Assembly: GCA_035714745.1 (NCBI GenBank)
Contig: DASTLR010000008.1
Span: 7,394-71,393 of the forward strand
Source of the DNA: Minisyncoccota bacterium
Lineage (GTDB): Bacteria; Patescibacteriota; Minisyncoccia; Phycocordibacterales; UBA6065
DNA: 64,000 bases
Reading direction: 5' to 3'
Shown: positions 18,448-27,858 of the stretch, piece after piece
Layout: every line of letters starts with the position of its first letter
Numbering within the stretch: the first letter of the stretch is position 1
The notes under the pieces: generated by a model
Told to the model about the DNA's origin: nothing
The model's database searches: none
The model's input: only the letters and a program-made list of their open reading frames with translations
Program-made: the position numbers and the translations under genes

Positions 18448-20250
18448 ATGGGAATATTCGATTTTCTAAAGAAGAAGAGCAAGGTAGAGATAGCTCCGAT
18501 CCTACCTCAAGAAATATACGAAGCGGGCGTCTTGGAATTAAAAGACGTCATCGCCCCGTCGGCCCTCAAGGTATCGCCGCGCGAGCTCTCCCTGGGTGAC
18601 AAGATCGTCAGGTCCTTCTTCGTCATCTCGTACCCGCGCTTCCTCTCGGAGAGCTGGTTCGCCCCGATCATCAACTTGGACAAGGTCTTCAACATCTCTA
18701 TCTTCATCCACCCGGTCGAGACGGCCAAGGTCCTCCGCCAATTCCAAAAGAAAGTAGCCGAGGTCCAGAGCCAGATCTCCATCAGGGAACAGAAAGGATT
18801 AGTGCGCGATCCGATGCTCGATACGGCATACCAGGACCTGGAATCGCTCCGCGACAACCTCATGCAGGCTCAGGAGAAGCTCTTCGACGTGGGCGTCTAT
18901 ATCTCGATCTACGGCGACAGCGCCAGCGAGCTGGACAAGACCGAGTCCGAGATCAAGTCGATCCTGGAGTCCAAGCTGGTCTACGTCAAGCCGGCCCTCT
19001 TCCAACAGGAGCAGGGCTACAAGAGCAACCTGCCGACAGCCACCGACCAGCTTTTGGTCCATTCCAAGCTGAATTCCAGCCCTCTTTCCAGTCTTTTCCC
19101 GTTCATCTCCTTCGACCTGACCTCGGACAAGGGCATCCTCTACGGCATCAACAGGCATAACTCGTCCCTGGTGCTCTTCGACCGCTTCTCGCTCGAGAAC
19201 TACAACTCCATCACCTTTGCCAAGTCCGGCGCCGGAAAGTCATACGCCACCAAGCTGGAGATCCTGCGAACGCTGATGTTCGACACCGACGTCATCGTCA
19301 TCGACCCCGAGAAAGAATACGAATACCTGGCCGAATCGACGGGAGGCAAATACTTCAACATCTCGCTCAATTCCGAGCATCGCATCAATCCCTTCGACCT
19401 GCCGCTGCCGCGCGAGGACGAGTCGCCAGCCGACGTCCTGCGCTCGAACATCATCAACCTGGTCGGCCTGTTCCGCATCATGATGGGCGGCCTGACGCCC
19501 GAGGAGGACGCCATCATCGACCGCGCCATCACCGAGACCTACGCCCTCAAGGACATCACCCCGGACACTGACTTCTCGCACACCGAGGCGCCGCTGCTCT
19601 CGGACTTCGAGCTGGTGCTCGCCGGCATGGAGGGAGGGGAGTCCCTGGTCCAGCGCCTGACGAAATACACCAAGGGCACCTGGTCCGGCTTCATCAACAG
19701 GCCGACGAACGTCGACATCGGCGCCAAATTCGTGGTCTTCTCGCTCCGCGACATGGAGGACGAGCTCAAGCCGGTGGCCATGTATATCGTCACCCACTAC
19801 ATCTCGAACGCCGTGAGGAAGAACGTCAAGAAGCGCCTGCTCGTCATCGACGAGGCGTGGTGGATGATGAAATCCGAAGACACGGCCTCGTTCCTCCTGG
19901 GCTTGGCCAAGCGCGGACGCAAGTATTTCCTAGGCCTGGCCACCATCACCCAGGACGTCGACGACTTCCTTAAATCGCCGTACGGCCTACCGATCATCAC
20001 CAACTCCTCGATCCAGGTCCTCCTCAAGCAATCGCCGTCGTCGATCGACCGTCTCCAGCAGGTCTTCAATCTCACCGACGAGGAGAAATACCTCCTCCTC
20101 GAGTCCGACGTGGGAGAGGGCATATTCTTCGTCGGCTTGAAACACGTGGCCATAAAGGTCATCGCCTCGTATACCGAGGACCAGATCATCACCTCGGACC
20201 CCGCCCAGATATTGGCTATAAAGGAAGCGAAGAAGAATCTGGCGCAGTAG
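18448..20250 (+). CDS. virB4: VirB4-family ATPase, C-terminal 600 aa piece with a Walker A box
   Basis: IAPSALKVSPRELSLGDKIVRSFFVISYPRF is the VirB4 mid-N-terminal motif. Later come the Walker A box AKSGAGKSY, a Walker B box LLVIDEAWWMM and the C-terminal TraC/VirB4 motifs. Confidence 0.8.
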   Translation: MGIFDFLKKKSKVEIAPILPQEIYEAGVLELKDVIAPSALKVSPRELSLGDKIVRSFFVISYPRFLSESWFAPIINLDKVFNISIFIHPVETAKVLRQFQKKVAEVQSQISIREQKGLVRDPMLDTAYQDLESLRDNLMQAQEKLFDVGVYISIYGDSASELDKTESEIKSILESKLVYVKPALFQQEQGYKSNLPTATDQLLVHSKLNSSPLSSLFPFISFDLTSDKGILYGINRHNSSLVLFDRFSLENYNSITFAKSGAGKSYATKLEILRTLMFDTDVIVIDPEKEYEYLAESTGGKYFNISLNSEHRINPFDLPLPREDESPADVLRSNIINLVGLFRIMMGGLTPEEDAIIDRAITETYALKDITPDTDFSHTEAPLLSDFELVLAGMEGGESLVQRLTKYTKGTWSGFINRPTNVDIGAKFVVFSLRDMEDELKPVAMYIVTHYISNAVRKNVKKRLLVIDEAWWMMKSEDTASFLLGLAKRGRKYFLGLATITQDVDDFLKSPYGLPIITNSSIQVLLKQSPSSIDRLQQVFNLTDEEKYLLLESDVGEGIFFVGLKHVAIKVIASYTEDQIITSDPAQILAIKEAKKNLAQ

Positions 20251-20266
20251 AGGCCTGTGGTACAAT

Positions 20267-21289
20267 ATGCGCATGTCGCGCTTAGCAAAAAGCACTTTCT
20301 TTATCCTATCTTCTCTGGTGTTCTTGGTGTTCTCTGTGCTCTCTGTCTCTTCCGTATCGGCCCAGGGCATCCCCGGCATCTCCGCTCCTCTCATCCTCAC
20401 CATGGAGCCAGCCAATCCCAAGCCGCTCCAGACCGTCAACCTCTCGCTAAAAAGCTTCAGCCTCGACATCGACAAGGCGTCCATATCATGGACCGTCAAC
20501 GGTAAAGTAGCCGCCCGCGGCATAGGCATGAAGGTCTTTAGCGTCCAGGCTGGGTCTTTGGGCTCCTCAAAGACCGTTGAAGCGGTGGTCGCCACCGACT
20601 CCGAGGGCGATTTGAGCCAGACGGCAGTCATCCGTCCGGCCGACCTGACCTTGATATGGCAGGCCGCGTCATACGTTCCGGCTTTTTACAAGGGAAAGGC
20701 CCTGCTTTCCTACGGCGGCGCCTACAAAGTCGTGGCATTGCCCGAGATCCTCGACGCGAACGGGCGAAAGATAGATCCGCGCACGCTCATTTACGCCTGG
20801 AAAAAGAACGAGGCGGCCCAGCAGGAGGCTTCAGGCTATGGAAAATCCTACTTCGTCAGCAGCCAGAGCAGCTTCGTCCGCCAGGGCGACGAGATCGCGG
20901 TCGAAGTGACCTCCCCGGCCGATGGCTTCACCGTCTCGGCGCAGACCACCGTCGTGCCGGTCGCCCCCGAGCTTCATTTCTATGAGGATAGCCCCCTGTA
21001 TGGCGTCGTCTTCGAGAAAGAGGCTGCGGGCAGGATGAAGCTGGCAAACGAGGAGGTCACGCTGGCCGCCGAGCCGTTCTTCTTTTCTGCTGTCGACAAG
21101 GGGAGCGCGCTCCTGGGCTACACGTGGACGCTCGGCGGGGCTGCGGTCCCGGAATTCCAGGATAAGCCCTCGATAACCCTGCGCCGCGCCACGGCGGCGG
21201 CCGGCTCGGCCTCTATCGGCCTGTCGGTAGGGAACAGCGCCAGGCTCCTGCAGGGCGCCGAACAGAGCCTTTTAATACAATATGAATAG
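20267..21289 (+). CDS. Hypothetical secreted protein of the T4SS-like locus
   Basis: Signal peptide LSSLVFLVFSVLSVSSVSAQG. The start is translationally coupled to the virB4 stop. No motif recognised. Confidence 0.45.
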   Translation: MRMSRLAKSTFFILSSLVFLVFSVLSVSSVSAQGIPGISAPLILTMEPANPKPLQTVNLSLKSFSLDIDKASISWTVNGKVAARGIGMKVFSVQAGSLGSSKTVEAVVATDSEGDLSQTAVIRPADLTLIWQAASYVPAFYKGKALLSYGGAYKVVALPEILDANGRKIDPRTLIYAWKKNEAAQQEASGYGKSYFVSSQSSFVRQGDEIAVEVTSPADGFTVSAQTTVVPVAPELHFYEDSPLYGVVFEKEAAGRMKLANEEVTLAAEPFFFSAVDKGSALLGYTWTLGGAAVPEFQDKPSITLRRATAAAGSASIGLSVGNSARLLQGAEQSLLIQYE

Positions 21290-22520
21290 GATGAAAAAAA
21301 CCTTTGCCGCCGTCGCATTCTCGCTCTACCTGGCGTTGGGCTTCGCGGCTGCCGCATCAGCTCAGGTAGATACCAACTACATACCTCTGACGACCGTTCC
21401 CGGCGCCTTTGAAGCCGGCAAGATCACGAACCCGGTAAAGGTAGTGGCGGGCGTCTACGGCATCGCCATCGGCATCGGATCGATCATCGCCGTCGTCATG
21501 ATCATCCTGGCCGGCTTCAAATATATGTACCAGGAGTCGATCGACGGCAAGTCAGACGCCAAAGAGCAGATCACCAACGCCTTCATAGGCCTCTTCGTCA
21601 TCCTCGGCTCGTATATCATCCTCAAGACCATCAATCCCGCGCTCGTCGACTTCGACGTCGAGCTCCGGGGCGGAAGCGGAAAGGTGTCCGGGCTCATCGC
21701 CATACAAAAGGAGCTCGATGCGACTCAATCAAAAGTAGCTCAAGCTAACGCCGCCACAGCCGAGCGGCAAAAAGAAATCGACGCTCTCAAGACTACGACT
21801 CTACCTAACAAGGAAAAAGAGATCCAAGCGATGAAAGACAGGATCGCAGCCGCAGAAAAGACAGCAGGCGGGCCGGGAAAAAAAGCCGTGCTCGACGAAC
21901 TTAATGGCCAACTCGCCAAGCTGGAGGGTGAGAAAGCCCAGATACTCGACACTATCAGCATAAAGACGATTGATAACCTAAAGACCATCGCCCAAAATAA
22001 TGTCACCCTTGGAAGAGACAATGTCTTCAAGAACGAGATCACCTCGCTCACCAAGATAACAGACCCGACCCAGGCTTCGGTTGAGGCAAGGGAATCCCTT
22101 CGAAGACTGGCGGTCCAGACAGACAGCCTTAAACTCGCGATGGAAAAGAAGATAGCCGAGGCCGAAACAATTGACGTAGCGATCGGCTCAAAAAGCGAGG
22201 TGGCTAAGCAAGAGTACTTCAATGCTGCCAACCAGGATTTGACATATATCAATCAATCAAAAAGCCTCATCACCGAAGCTCATGACACAATAAACGCCAA
22301 CTCTGGCGGTACAGACAAGCAAAATTCTGAATACAATGCGCTGCTCAGCAAATATGCGGGCTATGTTAAAGAACTTCAAGATTCCAATAGAAAGGACTTG
22401 GCAGACCGACTCCAAACCGATATTGATAGCGTGACCAAGATAATGAAAATCCGCCAAGCGGTGAATTGCGCGACATATGATGCGGCTCGTCGACAGCAGC
22501 TTACTCTCTGCCAACCATAG
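21282..22520 (+). CDS. VirB2/TrbC-like pilin-fold protein (signal peptide plus two TM helices) with a C-terminal coiled-coil extension of about 280 aa
   Basis: Signal peptide followed by two hydrophobic helices (VVAGVYGIAIGIGSIIAVVMIILAGF and AFIGLFVILGSYIILKTI), which is the TrbC/VirB2 topology. The rest is heptad-rich. Confidence 0.45.
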   Translation: MNRMKKTFAAVAFSLYLALGFAAAASAQVDTNYIPLTTVPGAFEAGKITNPVKVVAGVYGIAIGIGSIIAVVMIILAGFKYMYQESIDGKSDAKEQITNAFIGLFVILGSYIILKTINPALVDFDVELRGGSGKVSGLIAIQKELDATQSKVAQANAATAERQKEIDALKTTTLPNKEKEIQAMKDRIAAAEKTAGGPGKKAVLDELNGQLAKLEGEKAQILDTISIKTIDNLKTIAQNNVTLGRDNVFKNEITSLTKITDPTQASVEARESLRRLAVQTDSLKLAMEKKIAEAETIDVAIGSKSEVAKQEYFNAANQDLTYINQSKSLITEAHDTINANSGGTDKQNSEYNALLSKYAGYVKELQDSNRKDLADRLQTDIDSVTKIMKIRQAVNCATYDAARRQQLTLCQP

Positions 22521-22522
22521 CC

Positions 22523-23749
22523 ATGTCAAAGAAACTGTTCTTCTTCATCATACTGGCGGTCATCGCGGTCCTGGGCGTGGCGGGATGGTGGTTCCTGCGC
22601 CTACAGGTGGCGGCGCCGGCGGTACAGCAGCCTGACCAGACGGGGGAGGACCTCTTTCCTTTTGGCTCGGGAGCGGTAAAGCCGAGCGAGGCCAAGCCTG
22701 CAACCACCACCCAGCCTGTCTCGAACGTCACGGCTCCGACTTCGCCCGCGGCCCAGCCAAGGCTCCGCAAGCTCTCGTCCGAGCCTGCCGTCTCCGCGGC
22801 TTTCGTCTATTCAGCGACGTCGACGCGCGCCGTCCGCTTCGTCGACCGCGCCACGGGCCATATCCTGGAAGCGGCGGTAGATTCGGCCCTTCAGTCCACA
22901 CCGTCGAACGTCACCATCCCCCAGGTCAGGGAAGCGCTGTGGGGAGACAAGGCTTCGTCATTGGTCTATCGCTATCTGAAAGGCTCGACCGTCCAATCGT
23001 TCTACGCCGCTCTTAAATCCGGCACGGCGACGAGCTCCCAGCCGATCGAGGGCATATTCCTGCCGAGCGACATCCGATCGATGGCGGTGACCGGCGGCAA
23101 GATCCTCTATTTCGATCCTTCCGTCGAAAGCGGCCGCCTGATCATGGCGAATATGGACGGATCAAAGAAAGCCACGGTCTGGACCTCTGATTTCGGCGAG
23201 TGGGCAATCTCCTCGGTAAATCCCGCAAAGGCTTTCATATATACCAAACCGAGCGCCTCAGCTAACGGCGTCGGCTACATCGTCGACACTACAAAGGGCA
23301 CGGCTACGAAGGTCGTCGGCGACGCTGCCGGCCTCGAGGGTTCGATCGGCCCGTCCGGCGACTACGTCTTCCTCTCGGCCGCTTCGGGCTCGGGAATCGC
23401 TTCAGCGTCGTATTCGGCCGCCAAAAAGACGGTCAGCCAGCTCTCCCTGAGCACGCTAGCCTCCAAATGCGCCTGGAGCGGCGCATCGAAAAAGACGGTC
23501 TACTGCGGAATCCCTGCGAACCTTGAAAGCGCCGCATACCCTGACGACTGGTACAAGGGCTCCGTCAGCTTCTCTGACAGGCTCTGGAAGATCGACATGG
23601 AAACGGGAGAGACCGAGGTCGTCTTGGACCCCTTCCTCGACAGCCTGAACGAATTCGACATGACGAACCTGACGGTCGATCCGACGGATACCTATCTGGC
23701 CTTTGTGAACAAGAAAGACCTCTCGCTCTGGCTGTACAAGATCAAATAA
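22523..23749 (+). CDS. Hypothetical membrane-anchored extracytoplasmic protein, last gene of the T4SS-like locus
   Basis: N-terminal TM helix FFFIILAVIAVLGVAGWWF, a Pro/Thr-rich linker, then a beta-rich domain. Confidence 0.45.
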   Translation: MSKKLFFFIILAVIAVLGVAGWWFLRLQVAAPAVQQPDQTGEDLFPFGSGAVKPSEAKPATTTQPVSNVTAPTSPAAQPRLRKLSSEPAVSAAFVYSATSTRAVRFVDRATGHILEAAVDSALQSTPSNVTIPQVREALWGDKASSLVYRYLKGSTVQSFYAALKSGTATSSQPIEGIFLPSDIRSMAVTGGKILYFDPSVESGRLIMANMDGSKKATVWTSDFGEWAISSVNPAKAFIYTKPSASANGVGYIVDTTKGTATKVVGDAAGLEGSIGPSGDYVFLSAASGSGIASASYSAAKKTVSQLSLSTLASKCAWSGASKKTVYCGIPANLESAAYPDDWYKGSVSFSDRLWKIDMETGETEVVLDPFLDSLNEFDMTNLTVDPTDTYLAFVNKKDLSLWLYKIK

Positions 23750-23761
23750 GAGGCCGAAAGG

Positions 23762-24505
23762 CTATTTCGCCGCCTTCTCTCGGGCGATCTGCCTCCTGAT
23801 ATAGAGCTCCTGGCCGATCATAAAGAGGTTGCTGGTGATCCAGTAGATCGCCAGGGCGCCGGCGACGTTCCACGAGATGAAGAATATCATCACCGGAAAG
23901 ACGTATTTCATCTGGGCCTGCATGTTGCGCGCCAGGTCCTCGTGAAGCTTGGCTCCCGCCGCCGGCCGAGCCGCGGCTTTTGGGACGGAGATCGAGATCT
24001 GCAAGTACTGCGAGAGCGCGGCGAGCGCGGCCAAAAAGACGCTTTTCTGGGTCACGTCGATGAGGTCGAGGAAATGCGTGCCGATAGCAGGCGGGATGGA
24101 TACCCAGCTATAGAGGAGCTCGGTATGAACGGTCGAGAAACCGGTCGTATAAAAGATCCTATAGAGGGCGATGATGATCGGCAGCTGGATGAAGAGCAAG
24201 AGGATGCTGGAGAAGGGATTTATCTTCTTTTCCTTGTACAATGCCATGGTCTGTATCGCCTGGGCCTGCTTGTCGTCCTTGTATTTCTCCTTTATGGCGG
24301 CGAGCTCGGGCTCGACGGTCTTCATGACGACCTGCGTGCGAGCGGCTTTCTTCGAGATAGGGAAGAGCACCAGCCGAACGATGATGGTAAAGAGGATGAC
24401 GACCATGCCCGCGTCGATCCATGGAGCGAATCGAGCCGAGTTCATCAGGATGACCAGGCCGTTATAGAGGGGGTTATAGACGACCGTCGTATAGAGATAA
24501 TGCAT
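23762..24505 (-). CDS. yidC: Membrane protein insertase YidC (short, Gram-positive type)
   Basis: The YidC/Oxa1 core helices and the conserved rpmH-rnpA-yidC synteny. Confidence 0.85.
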   Translation of the reverse strand: MHYLYTTVVYNPLYNGLVILMNSARFAPWIDAGMVVILFTIIVRLVLFPISKKAARTQVVMKTVEPELAAIKEKYKDDKQAQAIQTMALYKEKKINPFSSILLLFIQLPIIIALYRIFYTTGFSTVHTELLYSWVSIPPAIGTHFLDLIDVTQKSVFLAALAALSQYLQISISVPKAAARPAAGAKLHEDLARNMQAQMKYVFPVMIFFISWNVAGALAIYWITSNLFMIGQELYIRRQIAREKAAK

Positions 24506-24526
24506 ATTGATGAGTATAGACGCTGA

Positions 24527-24847
24527 TTATAGCACCCGAGAGAGCAGGGAGTGGACCTCGGCGGAGAGCCGCTCAGCGGGCGCCGTCAGAGCCTCCTTCT
24601 TCGGCATGAACATCACGAACGCCGGCTCTGCCGAGCGCAGGCGCTCCATGTCGAGCACGCCGTAGACGCGGCGGCGGGCGCGGTTGCGCTCGACGGCGGT
24701 CTTGAAGACCTTCTTTGACGCAGAAACGGCGAACTTGAGCCGTTTCGCGGGAATATAGCGCAAAGAAACAAGCGTCCCAAAGACGCTTTTTCCTTGCGCG
24801 AGGCATTCGATCTCACCAGACGCGAGTCGATCGCCCTTCTTGAGCAT
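24527..24847 (-). CDS. rnpA: Ribonuclease P protein component
   Basis: Basic 106 aa protein (RNRARRRVYG) in the canonical position between rpmH and yidC. Confidence 0.85.
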   Translation of the reverse strand: MLKKGDRLASGEIECLAQGKSVFGTLVSLRYIPAKRLKFAVSASKKVFKTAVERNRARRRVYGVLDMERLRSAEPAFVMFMPKKEALTAPAERLSAEVHSLLSRVL

Positions 24848-24984
24848 TAGACGTTCACTATCCTGGCTCGGCCTTTGTGTCGCCTGCGAGCCATGACCTT
24901 CTTTCCGGTCGGAGTGCTCTTGCGAGCGAGGAATCCGTGAGCGCGGGCTCGCTTTCGGTTACGGGTTTTGTATACGATCGCCAT
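24847..24984 (-). CDS. rpmH: 50S ribosomal protein L34
   Basis: My hand translation of the minus strand gives MAIVYKTRNRKRARAHGFLARKSTPTGKKVMARRRHKGRARIVNV. It is absent from the ORF track because it is shorter than 60 aa. Its stop overlaps the rnpA start (TAATG). Confidence 0.85.
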   Translation of the reverse strand: MAIVYKTRNRKRARAHGFLARKSTPTGKKVMARRRHKGRARIVNV

Positions 24985-25094
24985 AAAAATCTTGTTAACA
25001 GCTTGTGAACATATTATTAACATATTTACTTCGCATTCACAAGTACTAAAATTCCTTAAAGCGACTATACTTAATCCACTTCATCCGAGAGATC

Positions 25095-26438
25095 ATGGAT
25101 ACTAAAAAACTTTGGGAGAACGTGTCGGGCGCCATCGAGCTCCAGGTGTCGAAAGCGACCTTTAATACCTGGTTCCGCGACACCCACATCCACAAGATCG
25201 ACGAAGGGGTAGTGTACGTGGCGGTCCCTAATCCCTTTGTAAAGGACTGGCTCTCTGAGAAGCTCCACAAGGTCATCCTGAAATACCTCCGAGACTTCGG
25301 CAGCGACGTCAGGTCCATAGAATACGTCATCTCCAAGACTCCCGAGCGAAAAGAGCCCGTAGAAGACGCCTCGAGGCCTTCGCCGGTCTTCGAGTTGCCT
25401 CTCCAGGAGCACTATATAAACAAAGAGGATAACCTCAATCCTAAATATACGTTCGATTCATTCGTGGTCGGGCCCTTTAACGAGCTTGCCCATGCAGCCG
25501 CACAGGCGGTCCTCAAGAGCCCCGGAGTGGCCTATAACCCTCTTTTCATCTATGGCGATACCGGGCGAGGCAAGACGCACATCATGCAGGCAGTCGGGAA
25601 CGCTATAAAAGCCAACTATCCCGATAAAAAGGTCTTCTACGTCACCTCCGAGCGCTTCGCGGTCGACTACATGAACTCGCTCCAGCTGGGAACCGCAAAT
25701 AAATTCAAAGAACGCTATAGGAAATACGATGTCCTTATCATGGACGACGTACAGTTCTTCGCCAGCAAGGAAAAGATCCAAGAGGAGTTCTTCCACCTTT
25801 TCAATACCCTCAAAGAGAACAACAAACAGCTGATCTGCTCGTCCGATCGCCATCCGAACAACATCCCTGAGCTCGAAGACCGCATAAAATCGCGCTTTAA
25901 TGCCGGCATGATCGTCGACGTGGCCGCCCCGGACCTGGAATCCAGGCTCTCCATCCTGAAGGCGAAGCTATCGAAGCAGGGCATCAGCCTGCCGGCAGAG
26001 CTCATCGAATATATAGCCACCACTATAGAAGGTAACGTCCGCGAGCTTGAAGGAGTCATCAACTCGATCGCCATGCAGACCCAGCTAAAGGGCAGGGAGC
26101 TGAATATCATCGAGATCAAGGGCATCCTCAAGAACAATGCGAAACCAAAGAAATCCGTCTCGGTAAAAGATGTGGTGAAGGTCGTGACCGACTTCTATAA
26201 CATCGAGGAGAACAACATTTACGAAAAGACCCGTAAAAAGGAGGTGGTCAAACCGCGCCAGGTCATCATGTACCTCTTGCGAGAGGACTTGAATATCTCG
26301 TACCCCTCCATCGGCGAGAAATTAGGAGGCCGCGACCATACCACCGTCATCCATTCGTGCGAAAAGATAAAGGAAGACATAAAATCCAACCAAACGCTGG
26401 TGCAGGAGCTGAATCATATACGATCGCTTATCCTCTAG
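25095..26438 (+). CDS. dnaA: Chromosomal replication initiator DnaA
   Basis: The DnaA N-terminus, an AAA+ domain (GDTGRGKTH), a sensor box and a C-terminal DnaA-box-binding domain. Confidence 0.95.
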   Translation: MDTKKLWENVSGAIELQVSKATFNTWFRDTHIHKIDEGVVYVAVPNPFVKDWLSEKLHKVILKYLRDFGSDVRSIEYVISKTPERKEPVEDASRPSPVFELPLQEHYINKEDNLNPKYTFDSFVVGPFNELAHAAAQAVLKSPGVAYNPLFIYGDTGRGKTHIMQAVGNAIKANYPDKKVFYVTSERFAVDYMNSLQLGTANKFKERYRKYDVLIMDDVQFFASKEKIQEEFFHLFNTLKENNKQLICSSDRHPNNIPELEDRIKSRFNAGMIVDVAAPDLESRLSILKAKLSKQGISLPAELIEYIATTIEGNVRELEGVINSIAMQTQLKGRELNIIEIKGILKNNAKPKKSVSVKDVVKVVTDFYNIEENNIYEKTRKKEVVKPRQVIMYLLREDLNISYPSIGEKLGGRDHTTVIHSCEKIKEDIKSNQTLVQELNHIRSLIL

Positions 26439-26721
26439 GGCGCGGCATGCGTTGGGGAAAAAGCTGTGGAGAAGCGGGAAAGAGCGCGGGGATAACCTTG
26501 AAAATCGAAAGAGGGAAATGGGGACAAAAAAAGGATAACTTCCCGGAAAACGACGAAACAAAATTAGTTGTTCGAACGTAGTGGGGGATATCCACCGATG
26601 GGCCCGGAGCTATTTTTTAAAGGACCCTTTGCCAGAGCGCTGTAAAAAGTTATTCACATATCAACACCGGTAATAGTAATAGTAGTTTTCTTTTAAGAAT
26701 ATTAAGAGATATAGTAGGGAC
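26439..26721. promoter_or_regulatory. Candidate oriC: DnaA-box cluster plus an AT-rich unwinding element in the dnaA-dnaN spacer
   Basis: DnaA-box-like 9-mers GGGATAACC, AGGATAACT, ATATCCACC and TTATTCACA (consensus TTATCCACA). The 45-nt AT-rich tract taatagtaatagtagttttcttttaagaatattaag lies just before dnaN. Confidence 0.55.
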
Positions 26722-27822
26722 ATGAAAATCGAATGCATCAAAGACAAGCTGATCGACGGAATCTCCAAAGCTGATCGACTGACCGGCAAGAACCTCTCAT
26801 TGCCTATCCTGGCGTGCATCTATCTCAAGGCCGTAAAGAATACCTTGGTCATCCGCGCAACCAACCTGGATTGCGGCATAGAGGTCAGGATCCCCGCTAA
26901 AGTCGAAGCCGAGGGCGAGGTAGCCCTCCAGGGAGCGGTTCTAAACTCCCTTTTGGCCGGACTGCCTCGCGAAAAGAATATCGTTTTGCAGTCGAAAGAC
27001 GGAAATCTCCTGGTATCGACTTCGGCGAATACGACCCTTATAAAGACGTTCTCTCCGGACGAATTCCCTACGATCCCAAAGCTTGATACCCAGCGCACCA
27101 TCGAGATGAGCCCTAAAGTCCTCGTAAAAGGCTTTAAATCGGTCGTATACAGCGCTTCTCAATCGACGGTGAAGCCTGAGCTGTCGAGCGTCTACGTCTA
27201 CAAGGACGGGGCGGACCTGGTCTTCGTCTCGACCGATTCGTTCCGCCTGGCCGAAAAGAGGATAAAAGTGAAGGAGGATATGGATTTTCCTTCAGTCATC
27301 ATTCCTGGCAAGAATGTGAACGACATAATCAGGACCCTGGAGAGCTCTACCGAAGACGTCAGAGTGCTCTTTGATAAGAACCAGATCGCTTTCGAGGGCA
27401 AGGACGTCTACCTGATGTCCCGCGTCATCGACGCGACGTTCCCGGATTACAAGCAGATCATCCCAAAGGTTTTTGTCACCGAGGTAGTGGTCCTCAAGCA
27501 GGACTTCGTGGATTCGCTCAAGACCTCGCACGTGTTCTCGGATAAATTCAATCAGGTCAACGTGAAGGCCCTGCCTTCCAAGAAGTCGTTCATCATCTCG
27601 ACCAAGAACAGCGATATCGGGGAATATACGAATACCATCGATTCCAGTGTCACCGGGCAGGATGTCGAGATCAATTTCAACCATAAGTATCTTTCGGATT
27701 GCTTCCAGTCTATCGACGCCGATAGCCTCTCTATCTCGATCAGCGGCGCCAACAAGCCATTGGTCATGAGGGGGGTTTCCGACAAGTCCTTCACCTATCT
27801 GGTGATGCCTATGAATAGGTAA
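26722..27822 (+). CDS. dnaN: DNA polymerase III beta sliding clamp
   Basis: 366 aa with the three-domain beta-clamp pattern, downstream of dnaA. Confidence 0.9.
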   Translation: MKIECIKDKLIDGISKADRLTGKNLSLPILACIYLKAVKNTLVIRATNLDCGIEVRIPAKVEAEGEVALQGAVLNSLLAGLPREKNIVLQSKDGNLLVSTSANTTLIKTFSPDEFPTIPKLDTQRTIEMSPKVLVKGFKSVVYSASQSTVKPELSSVYVYKDGADLVFVSTDSFRLAEKRIKVKEDMDFPSVIIPGKNVNDIIRTLESSTEDVRVLFDKNQIAFEGKDVYLMSRVIDATFPDYKQIIPKVFVTEVVVLKQDFVDSLKTSHVFSDKFNQVNVKALPSKKSFIISTKNSDIGEYTNTIDSSVTGQDVEINFNHKYLSDCFQSIDADSLSISISGANKPLVMRGVSDKSFTYLVMPMNR

Positions 27823-27858
27823 TCGACAGGCTTTGATTCGGGGCTTGTCTACCGCTCC

